Source: Planctomycetota bacterium
GTDB lineage: Bacteria; Planctomycetota; B15-G4
Length of the DNA stretch: 63,682 bases
Direction: 5' to 3'
NCBI GenBank assembly: GCA_038212275.1
Contig: JBBQUR010000025.1
Coordinates: forward strand, 1-63,682
Made by a program: the position numbers and the translations under genes. The stretch's first letter is position 1; the number at the start of each line of letters is the position of its first letter. Below, in pieces: positions 44,697 to 54,074 of this stretch. The notes beneath the pieces were generated by a model that worked only from the letters and a program-made list of their open reading frames with translations, had not been told where the DNA came from and searched no databases.

Positions 44697-46511
44697 ATGG
44701 AAGCGCTCGCGACAGCCGCCGACTATGAACGCCGCCTCCAGTCGTGGCGCGCTCTGGTCGCGGTCGATGAGCGCCGGCAGGAGCGGCTCGGCCTGGTGCG
44801 CCTGCTGCTGTTCTTCGCGACCCTCGGCGGCGCCGTCTGGGTGCTGCGACTGCACCCGGACTTCGCGGCCTGGTTGCTCGTCCCCGTGGCGCTCTTCGCC
44901 ATGCTCGTCGTGCTCCACGCGCGTTGCGGCGAGCGGCTGGTGCGTGCGCGGCGCGGCATCGTCCATCACGAGCGCAACCTGGCGCGCCTCGCGGGGCGCT
45001 GGGCCGGCTACGGCCCGACGGGCGAGGCCGGCCTGCCGGAGACGCACCTCTATGCGCGCGATCTCGATGTCGTCGGCGACGGCTCGCTCTTCCAGCTGCT
45101 GAACACCACCGTGAGCGGCGCCGGCGCGAGCACGCTGCTTGCCTGGCTGCTCCACACGGCGGACGGCCCGAGCATGCTCGGGCGACAGCAGGCCGTGGCC
45201 GCGCTGTCCCCTGACGTGGACCTGCGCGAGGCCGTCGCGCTGCTTGCGGACACGGAGGCCGAACGCCCGCATGCGGCGCAGCTCCTCGCGTGGGCCCGCG
45301 CCAGGCCGGTCGTTTTCGGAGCCGGCGTGCGACTGACCGCGCTGGCTTTCGGCCTCGCCGCGCTTGCCGCCGCGGGAGCGTGGAGCTTCGACGTGACGGG
45401 CCCGCTGCCGCTCGCCCTCGTCGGCGCGTGTGCAGCCGTGGCCGGACAGTTCAGCAAGCGGCGCATCCAGGAAGTGGAGGCCCTTGCCGAGTCCGGCGAA
45501 CACGAGCTGCGCCTCCTCGCGCCGCTGCTCGCCTTGCTGGAGGATCGCGCGGCGGCCGCCGGCGCGCCCCCGGCCCTGGCCGCGCTCGGCGCCGCGGTGG
45601 CGACCGACGGCGTGCCGGCCTCCGCGCGGCTGCGCCGTTTCCAGTCGCTCGCGCTGTCGCTCATCGACAGCCGGCGCAACGGCGTGTACGCGTTCTTCGC
45701 CTTCATGCTGCAGCTGCGCGTGCACCGCGCGCACGCCGTCGAGACCTGCCGCGCGCAACTCGTCTCCGTGCTGCCTGCGTGGCTCTCGGCGGTGGGCGAG
45801 TTCGAGGCGATGCTCGCCGTGTCGGGATACGCGCACGAACACCGGGACGATGTGTACCCGGAGCTCGTCGACGTCGGCCGGACGGACGGCCCCTGCCTGC
45901 ACCTGACCGGCCTCGGACACCCGCTCATCCCCGACGAGCGTTGCGTGCGCAACGACCTGTCCCTGGACCGCTCGCACGCACTGCTCATGATCTCGGGCTC
46001 CAACATGTCGGGGAAGAGCACGCTGCTGCGCTCGGCGGGCCTGGCCGTGGTGCTGGCGGGCGCGGGGGCCCCGGTGCGCGCGCGTTCGGCGCGGCTCTCG
46101 CCCTTCGCACTGGGCGCGTGCCTCGCCGTGCACGACTCGCTGCGCGAAGGAGCCTCGCGCTTCTGGGCCGAAATCACGCGGCTGCGCGCCGTGGACGAAC
46201 TCTCGCGCGGCTCGCGCCCGGTGCTCTTCCTGCTGGACGAGCTGCTCTCCGGCACGAACAGCCACGACCGGCTCATCGGCGCGCGCGCCGTGCTGGGGCG
46301 GTTGCTGGAGCGCGGCGCGCTGGGCCTCGTCACCACGCACGACCTGGCGCTGGCCAGCCTGGCCGACGAGCTGGCGCCGCGCGCCGTCTCGGCCCATTTC
46401 GCGGACAGCGTCGCCGACGGCACGATGTCCTTCGACTACCGCATGCGCCCGGGCGTCGTGCAGCGCGGCAACGCGCTGGCGCTCATGCGCTCGCTGGGAC
46501 TGGAGGTCTGA
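44697..46511 (+). CDS. Membrane-anchored MutS-related ATPase (MutS domain V only)
   Basis: N-terminal TMs, YARDLDVVG.GSLFQ, GHPL, ISGSNMSGKSTLLR, SRFWAEI, LLDELLSGTNS and VTTHDL. Confidence 0.9.
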   Translation: MEALATAADYERRLQSWRALVAVDERRQERLGLVRLLLFFATLGGAVWVLRLHPDFAAWLLVPVALFAMLVVLHARCGERLVRARRGIVHHERNLARLAGRWAGYGPTGEAGLPETHLYARDLDVVGDGSLFQLLNTTVSGAGASTLLAWLLHTADGPSMLGRQQAVAALSPDVDLREAVALLADTEAERPHAAQLLAWARARPVVFGAGVRLTALAFGLAALAAAGAWSFDVTGPLPLALVGACAAVAGQFSKRRIQEVEALAESGEHELRLLAPLLALLEDRAAAAGAPPALAALGAAVATDGVPASARLRRFQSLALSLIDSRRNGVYAFFAFMLQLRVHRAHAVETCRAQLVSVLPAWLSAVGEFEAMLAVSGYAHEHRDDVYPELVDVGRTDGPCLHLTGLGHPLIPDERCVRNDLSLDRSHALLMISGSNMSGKSTLLRSAGLAVVLAGAGAPVRARSARLSPFALGACLAVHDSLREGASRFWAEITRLRAVDELSRGSRPVLFLLDELLSGTNSHDRLIGARAVLGRLLERGALGLVTTHDLALASLADELAPRAVSAHFADSVADGTMSFDYRMRPGVVQRGNALALMRSLGLEV

Positions 46512-47275
46512 TGTCGAACGGACGGCGCAGCCGGGACCGCGTGCGCGTGGAGGTGGCCGTCGAGTCGCCCGACGGCGCGGCCGCCGCCGTGGAGGGCGGC
46601 GCGGATCGCGTGGAGCTCTGCGCCAACCTGTCCTGCGGCGGCACGACGCCCTCGCTCGGCGCGATCACGGCCACGCTCGAGCAGGCGCTCGTGCCGCTGG
46701 TCATGCTCGTGCGCCCGCGCGCCGGCGACTTCCTCTACACGGTGCGCGAGCTGGATGTCATGCGGCGCGACATCGAGGCCGGCCTGCGCGCCGGCGTGCA
46801 CGGATTCGCGCTGGGCGTGCTGCTGCCCGACGGGCGCATCGACATTCGGCGCACCGCGCTGCTGATCGAGACCTGCGGCGGCCGGCCCGTGACCTTCCAT
46901 CGCGCCTTCGATCAGGTGCCCGACGCCCCGGCCGCGCTCGAGGAGCTGGCGCAGCTGGGCATCGCGCGGCTGCTCACTTCGGGACAGGCGCGCACGGCGG
47001 AGGAGGGCGCGACGCTCATCGCGCGCCTCGTGGATCTCGCGGCGGGACGCCTCGCGATTCTCCCGGGCGGCGGCGTGCGTCCGCACAACATCCGCGCGCT
47101 GGTGGCCGCCACCGGCGTCCGCGAGCTGCACTTCAGCGCCGGGCGACGGCAGCCCAGCCCCATGCTCCCGCGCTCGTCCGCGGTCTCGCTGCAATCCACC
47201 GAGGTCGCCCGCGACGACGAGTTGCTCCAGACCGATCCCGAGCTCGTGCGCGCCTGCATCGAGGCGCTGCCCTGA
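46511..47275 (+). CDS. cutC: Copper homeostasis protein CutC
   Basis: GADRVELCANLSCGGTTPS, LVRPRAGDFLY, VTFHRAFD, LLTSG and ILPGGGV. TGATG overlap with the MutS-like gene. Confidence 0.93.
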   Translation: MSNGRRSRDRVRVEVAVESPDGAAAAVEGGADRVELCANLSCGGTTPSLGAITATLEQALVPLVMLVRPRAGDFLYTVRELDVMRRDIEAGLRAGVHGFALGVLLPDGRIDIRRTALLIETCGGRPVTFHRAFDQVPDAPAALEELAQLGIARLLTSGQARTAEEGATLIARLVDLAAGRLAILPGGGVRPHNIRALVAATGVRELHFSAGRRQPSPMLPRSSAVSLQSTEVARDDELLQTDPELVRACIEALP

Positions 47276-47293
47276 GCGCCCGCCTTGCCGCGG

Positions 47294-49186
47294 TCAGCGC
47301 GTGCGCAGGAAGAAGACGAGCTGCTGCATCTCGGCGTTGCGGCCCAGCGCGATGATGTCGGAGCGGCCGTCGCCGTCGAGGTCCTCGATGCGCAGCTGGA
47401 CATCGCTGCCGGGGAAGGGGAGGGGCACCGTGACATCCGGCGCGCGGCTTTTCACGGCCTGGCGCAGGTCCCAGCCCGGCGTGACCAGCAATGTCCTGAT
47501 GTCTTCGAGGCCGATGGACAGCGTGCCGCCGTCGTCGAGCTGGTCGAGCTTGCGTGTGGCGTAGTCTTCGAGCAGCTCGTCGATGTCGAAGGATTCGAAG
47601 CGCTGTCTCACCGTCTGCTTGAGGTCCGCGGGCGCGCTGTTCTTCCAGATCGCAAGGCTGTCGCCGCGCACGTCCACGACGTCGTTCATCAGGCCGTCGG
47701 CATCCAGCGCGGCGGCCTGCGCGGGCACGGCCTTGCGCTTCTCGTAGTCCGTCTTCATCTCATCCACGGTGGAGATGAAGCCGAGCAGCGCAGGCACGCG
47801 CAGCGAGACCGTGGCCTTGGTGGACGGCTTGCGGCTGAAGACGGCGCGGTCGCTGCCGTCGCCGCCGGCCGCGAGCTCGTCGCGGTAGGTGAAGATGTCG
47901 AACTCGAGCGAGCCCGGCACGACGAGCAGGCGCAGCGCGTCCGTCAGGCTCACCGTCTCGGCGCGCAGCAGCTGCAGGTCGGGGCGGCCGTCCTTGTCCA
48001 CGTCGCGCAGCAGGAAGTAGAGCACGTTGCCGCTGGCCTTCAGCACCTGGTCGGGCGCGTCCAGCTTCGGGCCGCGCGAGCCGCCGAGGTAGATGCTGAA
48101 CTTCCCGCCCTGCTGGATCACCAGGTCGTTCGGCGGCACGCCGTCGAGATCCGCGGTCTTCCAGTTCACCTGCGGCTCGACGTTGGCGATCAGGTTGTCG
48201 AAGTCGATGCCCTCGGGACGGGCGATCTCGGCGCGCAGCTCCGCGAGGTCGAGGTGCCACGTGGGCGCTTCGGGAAGGCCGGGATCCGCGATGTGGAAGA
48301 GCGTCTCGTCCTCGGTCTGCGAGATGAGGTCCGTGCGGCCGTCGCCATCGAGGTCCTGCAGCGAGAACCACGGGATGCGGATGTCCTCGGCGAAGCGCGC
48401 GTCGAGGCGAGCCGGGTTGCCCAGCTCGAGGCTGAGCGAGGGGCGGAAGCTCACGGTCAGCGGTTCGGTCCAGCGCGGCTCGGAGCCGGCCGCGTCGCTC
48501 GCGTCGGCCGCGTCGGCGGCGTGCTGCAGGTGGATGCGGAAGCGGCCCGCGCCGGGGAGCACGAGATCGGGCAGGCCGTCGCCGTTCACGTCGCGCACGA
48601 TGTTCACGCGACGGATGCCGCGCGGCAGGAAGCCGGACGCGTCGGTGAGCACCTCGCGCGGCGGCAGGAAGGCGCCGGCGGCATCGCCGGCCACGGAGAG
48701 CACGCGGCTGCCGTCTACCAGCAGCACGACCTCGGTGCCGCCGTCGCCGTCGAGATCCGCGAGATACCAGCCCACGGTCTCCGACGGCCAGGGGAAACGG
48801 CCGCTCGGCTCCTCGGGATACGCGCCCTCGTCGGTGAGCAGGCGCAGCGACAGGCCGTCGAGTCCGATGCCGATCAGGTCGCGCCGGCCGTCGCCGTTCA
48901 CGTCGCGCAGGGCAAAGCGCTGCGAGGCGTCGGGCACGAGCAACAGGCTGCTCGCGAAGTCCTGCGCGGCGGCCCGCGCCGGACACAGGGCCAGCGCGAC
49001 AGGCAGCAGGGCGACAGGCAGCAGGGCCACCGTCGCCAGGCGGCGCGCGGCGCGCGCGGCGACACGCCGCTCCCGCTTGCCCGCGGCGCGCGCGGCGGCA
49101 CGCTGCTTCCGTCCGCTCGCGGCGCACGTGGCGACACGCTGCTCCCGTCCGCTCGCGGCGTCGACACGGTGATGCGATGTGTTCAT
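47294..49186 (-). CDS. FG-GAP/VCBS repeat secreted protein
   Basis: Multiple DxxGDGxxD motifs and a signal peptide (AAA-QD). ATG overlaps the upstream stop. Confidence 0.85.
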   Translation of the reverse strand: MNTSHHRVDAASGREQRVATCAASGRKQRAAARAAGKRERRVAARAARRLATVALLPVALLPVALALCPARAAAQDFASSLLLVPDASQRFALRDVNGDGRRDLIGIGLDGLSLRLLTDEGAYPEEPSGRFPWPSETVGWYLADLDGDGGTEVVLLVDGSRVLSVAGDAAGAFLPPREVLTDASGFLPRGIRRVNIVRDVNGDGLPDLVLPGAGRFRIHLQHAADAADASDAAGSEPRWTEPLTVSFRPSLSLELGNPARLDARFAEDIRIPWFSLQDLDGDGRTDLISQTEDETLFHIADPGLPEAPTWHLDLAELRAEIARPEGIDFDNLIANVEPQVNWKTADLDGVPPNDLVIQQGGKFSIYLGGSRGPKLDAPDQVLKASGNVLYFLLRDVDKDGRPDLQLLRAETVSLTDALRLLVVPGSLEFDIFTYRDELAAGGDGSDRAVFSRKPSTKATVSLRVPALLGFISTVDEMKTDYEKRKAVPAQAAALDADGLMNDVVDVRGDSLAIWKNSAPADLKQTVRQRFESFDIDELLEDYATRKLDQLDDGGTLSIGLEDIRTLLVTPGWDLRQAVKSRAPDVTVPLPFPGSDVQLRIEDLDGDGRSDIIALGRNAEMQQLVFFLRTR

Positions 49187-50919
49187 CGGGGGCCTTCCGC
49201 GCGGCGCGAGATCATGAGCGTGAGCGAGGTCTCGGCGGGATTCACGAGGTCGGCGATGCCGTCGCCATTGATGTCCTCGAGCAGCAGCTTCTCCACGCTG
49301 CTGCCCATGTCGAAGCGCTTCCAGGCGTCGGTCTCGATGCGCCAGTCGCCGCTGCCGAAGAGGCTGCGCTCGCGCAGGATGCGCCGCACCGCGACGCGCC
49401 CGGAGAGGTCCAGCTCGACGAGGTCGGCGGTGCCGTCGCCCGAGCAATCGGCCGAGATGTAGCGCAGCACCAGGGCGTCCTGCAGCGAGTCGAGCGTGAA
49501 GGACTGCTCGTCGCGCAGCGAGGGCTTGCGCTCGAAGGGCGGGCCCGAACCGCGCCCGCTGGCGAAGTAGACGAAGGAGCCGCGCTGCAGGTTGAAGCCG
49601 GTGACGAGATCCTGCACGGAGGGCAGCGTCCACTTGGTGAGCACCAGGTCGGGGCGGCCGTCGTGGTCCACGTCCGTGACCTCGGCGCGTGTGCCCGAGG
49701 CCTCCAGCCGCAGCACCTGCTGCGCCTCGAGCGGCAACAGGCGCTCGCCGTCATTGATGAGCACGAAATAGGTGAAGACCACCTGCTGCAGGCGCTTGGA
49801 ATCCGGCGAGGAGCGCGCGAGCAGGTCCACGTCGCCGTCCCCGTCGAGGTCGGCCAGGGTCAGCTCCAGCTTGCTGTCCGGCTTGTCGAGCCAGTCCGGG
49901 ATCGGCTCGCTGCGCGACCAGTCCGGGGCAAGGCCGTCGGCTGTGCCGAGCGCGACGCGCAGGGAGTTGTTCTCGCGCAGGATGAGGTCGTCGAGGCCGT
50001 CGCCATTCACGTCGGCCAGCGCCGGCGCGCGGTAGCGCACGTCGGCCTCGAGCATGGCGGAAAAGGCGGCGGGCGCCTCGCCGAGGAAGAGGCTCTTGCT
50101 GTCGCTCGAATCGATGCTGATGCGCGCGCCGCCGCTGCTCACCGAGATGGCGCCCGGCGCCTTCACCGAGAAGAGCGAGGCCTTGCCTGCGTCGCCCCAG
50201 CTGCCCCGCTGCGAGTAATCGCCGGCCGTCGCGGCCGTGGCCTGCGCGCCGCTCGCTTCCTCCGTGGTGCGCGGGCCCCAGAGCGCCAGGCTCGTCGTGC
50301 CCGGCAGCAGCAGCAGGTCGCGGCCTCCGCGCGGCAGCACGTAGGACCAGCCGGGAAGCTGGCGCTCGTCGGGCACCTGGAAGAGCAGGTCGTCGGTCAC
50401 GAGGCGGCGGATGTTGTTGCGGTAGCCGTCGAGCGTCGGCGAGTAGCTGAAGGCCCCGGTGCGCGTGAGGAAGAGCAGCTCGTTGCCGGGTTCGTCGCGC
50501 ACGTCGGCGACGCCGTAGATGATCACGTCGTCGAGCACGGGCACGACGAGGTTCGGGGCCACGTCGAAGACGCCGTCCGCCGTGCGGTGGTGAATGTGGA
50601 TCTCGCGGTGCGAGACCTCGCCCGGCCGGCGCGTGCGCACGGCGAGCACCAGCTCCGTGAGGCCGTCGCCGTCCATGTCCACGAAGCGCGTGTCGAGCAG
50701 CTCGCCGCCGACGTTCACCTGGACTTTCGTGAAGCTCACGCCGTCCGCGTCGACATCGCCCGCCGCGGGAGCGGGCGGCGCCGCGGCGAACACGAGCGTC
50801 GGCGGGGTCAGCGCGGCCAGCGCGGCCAGCGCCGGCATCGCCGGCATCGCCGGCAGCGCTGGCAGCGGCGCGGCGAGCAGCAGCGCGACGGCGACGGGGG
50901 CGTGACTGCCGGAACTCAC
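49183..50919 (-). CDS. FG-GAP/VCBS repeat secreted protein
   Basis: DMDGDGLTEL, DVNGDGLDDL, DLDGDGDVDL, DVDHDGRPDL and DINGDGIADL. GTG overlaps the upstream TGA. Confidence 0.85.
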   Translation of the reverse strand: MSSGSHAPVAVALLLAAPLPALPAMPAMPALAALAALTPPTLVFAAAPPAPAAGDVDADGVSFTKVQVNVGGELLDTRFVDMDGDGLTELVLAVRTRRPGEVSHREIHIHHRTADGVFDVAPNLVVPVLDDVIIYGVADVRDEPGNELLFLTRTGAFSYSPTLDGYRNNIRRLVTDDLLFQVPDERQLPGWSYVLPRGGRDLLLLPGTTSLALWGPRTTEEASGAQATAATAGDYSQRGSWGDAGKASLFSVKAPGAISVSSGGARISIDSSDSKSLFLGEAPAAFSAMLEADVRYRAPALADVNGDGLDDLILRENNSLRVALGTADGLAPDWSRSEPIPDWLDKPDSKLELTLADLDGDGDVDLLARSSPDSKRLQQVVFTYFVLINDGERLLPLEAQQVLRLEASGTRAEVTDVDHDGRPDLVLTKWTLPSVQDLVTGFNLQRGSFVYFASGRGSGPPFERKPSLRDEQSFTLDSLQDALVLRYISADCSGDGTADLVELDLSGRVAVRRILRERSLFGSGDWRIETDAWKRFDMGSSVEKLLLEDINGDGIADLVNPAETSLTLMISRRAEGPR

Positions 50920-52097
50920 GCGCCCAGTTCGCCTTCGCCGGACGAGAAGCTGAACACATGCCAGCCGAAGAGATTCAGCAGGGTGTAGTGGCGCTCCTGC
51001 TCCTCGCGCTCGAACTGGAACAGGCAGATCACCCACAGGTCGATCACTTCGAGGTTGGTGCGCGTGCCGTCCGGCGCGGCGTCGTAGCTGAAGAGCAACG
51101 GCACGTTCAGACCCGTGACGCGCGTGGGCTGATCCTGCAGCGTGACCTCGACCTCGCGCGTTCCGTCACCCGGGGGGGCGCCAGCCTGGATCGCGCCAGT
51201 CTGGATCGCGTCGGCCTGGATCGCGTCGGCCTGGATCGCGTCGGCAGGCGTGTTGCGGACGGTGAATCGGACCGTCGTGCCGGGGGCGAGCGCGACGAGG
51301 CGGCGGATGAACTCGCGGTCGCTGACCACGCTTTCGCCGTCGAGCGCGATGACGACGTCACCGACCTGCAGGCCGGCGGCGCTGACCGGCGCGTCGGGCG
51401 CGACGCTGGCGAGCAGCACGCCCTGCGGCGTCGTGACCCAGCCCGCGCGCGTGCGCGACGGATCGAGGCGAAAGCGGGGCTCGGCCGGTTCGGCGGCGGC
51501 GCCGCCACCGCCCATCGCGGCCAGCGTGACGGGCACGTCGAAGACCGTGTCGCCGCGCTGCACGGAGAGTACGATGCCCGCGCCGGGCCCGCGGCGCGCG
51601 ACGAGCGCCTCGAGCGCTGCGGGGTCATTCACGGCCTGCGTGTCGAGGGCGAGGACGATGTCGCCCGCGCGCACGCCCGCCGCCGAGGCCGGCGAGTTCT
51701 CGATGACGCGCGACACGCGCGCGCCGGGCAGGAAGAAGAGCGCGTCCAGCGAGCCGCTGTCGTTCTCCACGGTCTTCAGGCCGAGGAAGGCGCCGGACTG
51801 GCCGGCAGCCTGCCACTCCAGCGTCTCCGGCAGCGGCTCCGGGATGGGCGCGAGCGGCACGGTCGTGCAGCCGATGCTTGCGCCGACGCCGGCGACGGCG
51901 AACGCGGCGAGCAGCGCCAGGCGCCGCACGCCGCGGGAGTGTCGACCCGGTGTACGGCAGCGCTCGCTGCTTCCGGCGCTGTCCGGCGCGCTGTCCGGCG
52001 CGATGCTCTGCGCGATGCTCTGCGCAATGCCCGGCTCGATGCCCGGCGCGCTGACGTGCGCGGAGTGTGTCAAGCCGCAGGTCGTGACCACGTTCAC
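50916..52097 (-). CDS. Tandem PDZ-domain lipoprotein
   Basis: Lipobox-like ASIGC; AFLGLK...VIENSPASAAGVRAGDIVLALD; second PDZ VAPDAPVSAAGLQVGDVVIALDG. Confidence 0.82.
   Translation of the reverse strand: MNVVTTCGLTHSAHVSAPGIEPGIAQSIAQSIAPDSAPDSAGSSERCRTPGRHSRGVRRLALLAAFAVAGVGASIGCTTVPLAPIPEPLPETLEWQAAGQSGAFLGLKTVENDSGSLDALFFLPGARVSRVIENSPASAAGVRAGDIVLALDTQAVNDPAALEALVARRGPGAGIVLSVQRGDTVFDVPVTLAAMGGGGAAAEPAEPRFRLDPSRTRAGWVTTPQGVLLASVAPDAPVSAAGLQVGDVVIALDGESVVSDREFIRRLVALAPGTTVRFTVRNTPADAIQADAIQADAIQTGAIQAGAPPGDGTREVEVTLQDQPTRVTGLNVPLLFSYDAAPDGTRTNLEVIDLWVICLFQFEREEQERHYTLLNLFGWHVFSFSSGEGELGA
51184..51243 (-). repeat. In-frame 15-bp tandem repeat x4 (DAIQA)
   Basis: GCCTGGATCGCGTCG-type units on the + strand. 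Confidence 0.85.
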
Positions 52098-52963
52098 AGC
52101 GACCTCCTCGAGGTGATCCAGATGGCGAGCAGGAGCAGGAGCAGCGCCTGCGGCCAGGGCAGCCACAGGTTCTGCGCATACAGCGACTCGCTGTAGCCCG
52201 CATCCGAGAAGCCGCGCGCCACGCCGGCGAATTGCTTGAGGCAGGAGCGGTCCACGAAGCTGGGATTGAACGACGCGAAGACCCAGTACTGCGCCTGGCC
52301 GAGCACGTCCTTGAACAGGTCGAAGCCCAGCCAGGTGGCCAGCGCCACGGAGACCGCGCCGATGCCCGAGCCGAGCAGCGCCGACACGGCGAGGCCGAAG
52401 CTCCACGTGGCGAGCAGCGCGGGCAGCGTCGCGGTCACGGCGCGAAGGAACTCGTCGCGCAGCTCGGCGCTGGAGAGAATCTCGAACTTGTCCTCGACCA
52501 GCGGCCCGAACTGGAAGAGCGCCGAGGCGGCGAGCCACGCGGCCAGGCCCGTCACGGCCATGACGAGGAGCACGAGCAGAACGCCCTGCAGCATGCGGCC
52601 GAGGACGAGCCCGGCGCGTGAGACGCTGCGCGTGCTGGCCAGGCGCAGCAGGCCGGACTCGCGGTCCGCGGCCAGCGTGCGCGCCGACGCGATGAGCAGC
52701 AGGATCGTCCCCACGGTGAGGCCCGCGAGCCAGCCATCGGCGAAGGGCGCCCACGCATTGCCCGGGGGCGGCATGGGCGGGACGGCCTTGCCCGCGGACA
52801 GCGCGCGTTGCGCCGCGGCCGCATAACTGGACATGTCGGCCGCGTGCGCCCCCAGCACGCGCAGCGCCGAGACTGCGGCGAGAAACACGCCGGCCAGCGC
52901 CACGGTGCGACTGTGCGAGAGGCGGTAGGCCTCGGCCCTGAAGACGCGCAGGGCGCCGCTCAT
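52094..52963 (-). CDS. ABC-2 type exporter permease
   Basis: FRAEAYRL, LAADRESGLLRL...VSRAGLVLGR and about 6 TMs. Confidence 0.85.
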   Translation of the reverse strand: MSGALRVFRAEAYRLSHSRTVALAGVFLAAVSALRVLGAHAADMSSYAAAAQRALSAGKAVPPMPPPGNAWAPFADGWLAGLTVGTILLLIASARTLAADRESGLLRLASTRSVSRAGLVLGRMLQGVLLVLLVMAVTGLAAWLAASALFQFGPLVEDKFEILSSAELRDEFLRAVTATLPALLATWSFGLAVSALLGSGIGAVSVALATWLGFDLFKDVLGQAQYWVFASFNPSFVDRSCLKQFAGVARGFSDAGYSESLYAQNLWLPWPQALLLLLLAIWITSRRSL

Positions 52964-53895
52964 GCCGGCACCACGAGGCCGCTCGCGCGCGCCTCGCCCA
53001 CGAGCGATTCGAAGACCGATTGCAGCGTGAGCTGTTCGACGGACAGCGCCGAGACCTCGCAGCCGCCGGAGACGAGCGCGCGGTTGACGGCTGCCGCCGG
53101 CACGTCGCCGGGCCACACCTCGAGCATCGTGCCTGCAGGTGCTGCCAGCTCGGCGCGTTCGATGCCGGGCAGGGCGCGCAGCAGTTCCAGCGCGCGGGTG
53201 GCCGGCGTCACGGACAGCGCAAGGCGCGGGCGCCGTCCGCTCAGCAGCTCGTCCAGCGTGGCCTGCCGCACGAGGCGCCCGCCGAGCAGAATCGCCACGC
53301 GGTTGACGATGGTCTCCATCTCGTGGAGGCGGTGGCTGCTGATGAGCAGCGTCAGGCCTTCGGCGGAGAGCGCGCGGAACAGCTCGAGCATGGCGCTCAC
53401 GCCGACGGTGTCGAGGCCGGAGAGGGGCTCATCGAGGAGCAGCAGCTCGGGGCGGCCGAGCAGCGCGCGGGCGATGGACAGCCGGCGCCGCTGTCCAAGC
53501 GAGAGCCGGCCGGCGCGGCGGTCGGCGAGCGCCTCGATGCCGGTGAGCGCCAGCACTTCGGAGTCGCTTCGGCCGCCGCTGTGACCAAGCAGTCGCCGTG
53601 CATACTGCAGGTTCTGGCGGCAGCTGAGGTTGTCCACCAGCGTGGCGCCGTCGAAGACCACGGCGACGCGGCCGGCGGTGCGGTGGATCTGCGCGGCCGG
53701 CACGCCGAGGATCTCGATGCGGCCGCTGTCGAAGCCCAGCAGTCCCAGCGCGCAGGCGAGCGTGGTGGTCTTGCCGGAGCCGTTGGGGCCGAGCAGGCCG
53801 TAGACGTCGCCGCGCTCCACCGAGAGCGAGACGTCGTCCACGGCGCGCGTGGCGCCGTAGCTCTTGCACAGGGATTGCACGCTGAGCACCGACAT
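52960..53895 (-). CDS. ABC transporter ATP-binding protein
   Basis: GPNGSGKTT, LSLGQRRR, LLLLDEP and ISSH. Confidence 0.95.
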   Translation of the reverse strand: MSVLSVQSLCKSYGATRAVDDVSLSVERGDVYGLLGPNGSGKTTTLACALGLLGFDSGRIEILGVPAAQIHRTAGRVAVVFDGATLVDNLSCRQNLQYARRLLGHSGGRSDSEVLALTGIEALADRRAGRLSLGQRRRLSIARALLGRPELLLLDEPLSGLDTVGVSAMLELFRALSAEGLTLLISSHRLHEMETIVNRVAILLGGRLVRQATLDELLSGRRPRLALSVTPATRALELLRALPGIERAELAAPAGTMLEVWPGDVPAAAVNRALVSGGCEVSALSVEQLTLQSVFESLVGEARASGLVVPA

Positions 53896-54074
53896 GGGGC
53901 GGCAGCCTAGCAGGCCCGCGCCGCCGGATCTGCCGAGGACCGTGGGCGCAGCCGTGGCATCTGCGGCGCCCGATCGCAGCCGGCTCGACCTGCGCGCCGG
54001 GAGCACGCGGCCGGGCAGCCTCGCCGGCCGTGCCCGCGCACCTTCGCCGCGGCGGCATCACCGCGCAGCCGGCT

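Noticed and set aside
45290..46510. 661-aa ORF suggesting a long CutC fusion
   Set aside because: The upstream part is an alternate frame of the MutS-like gene; CutC starts at 46511.
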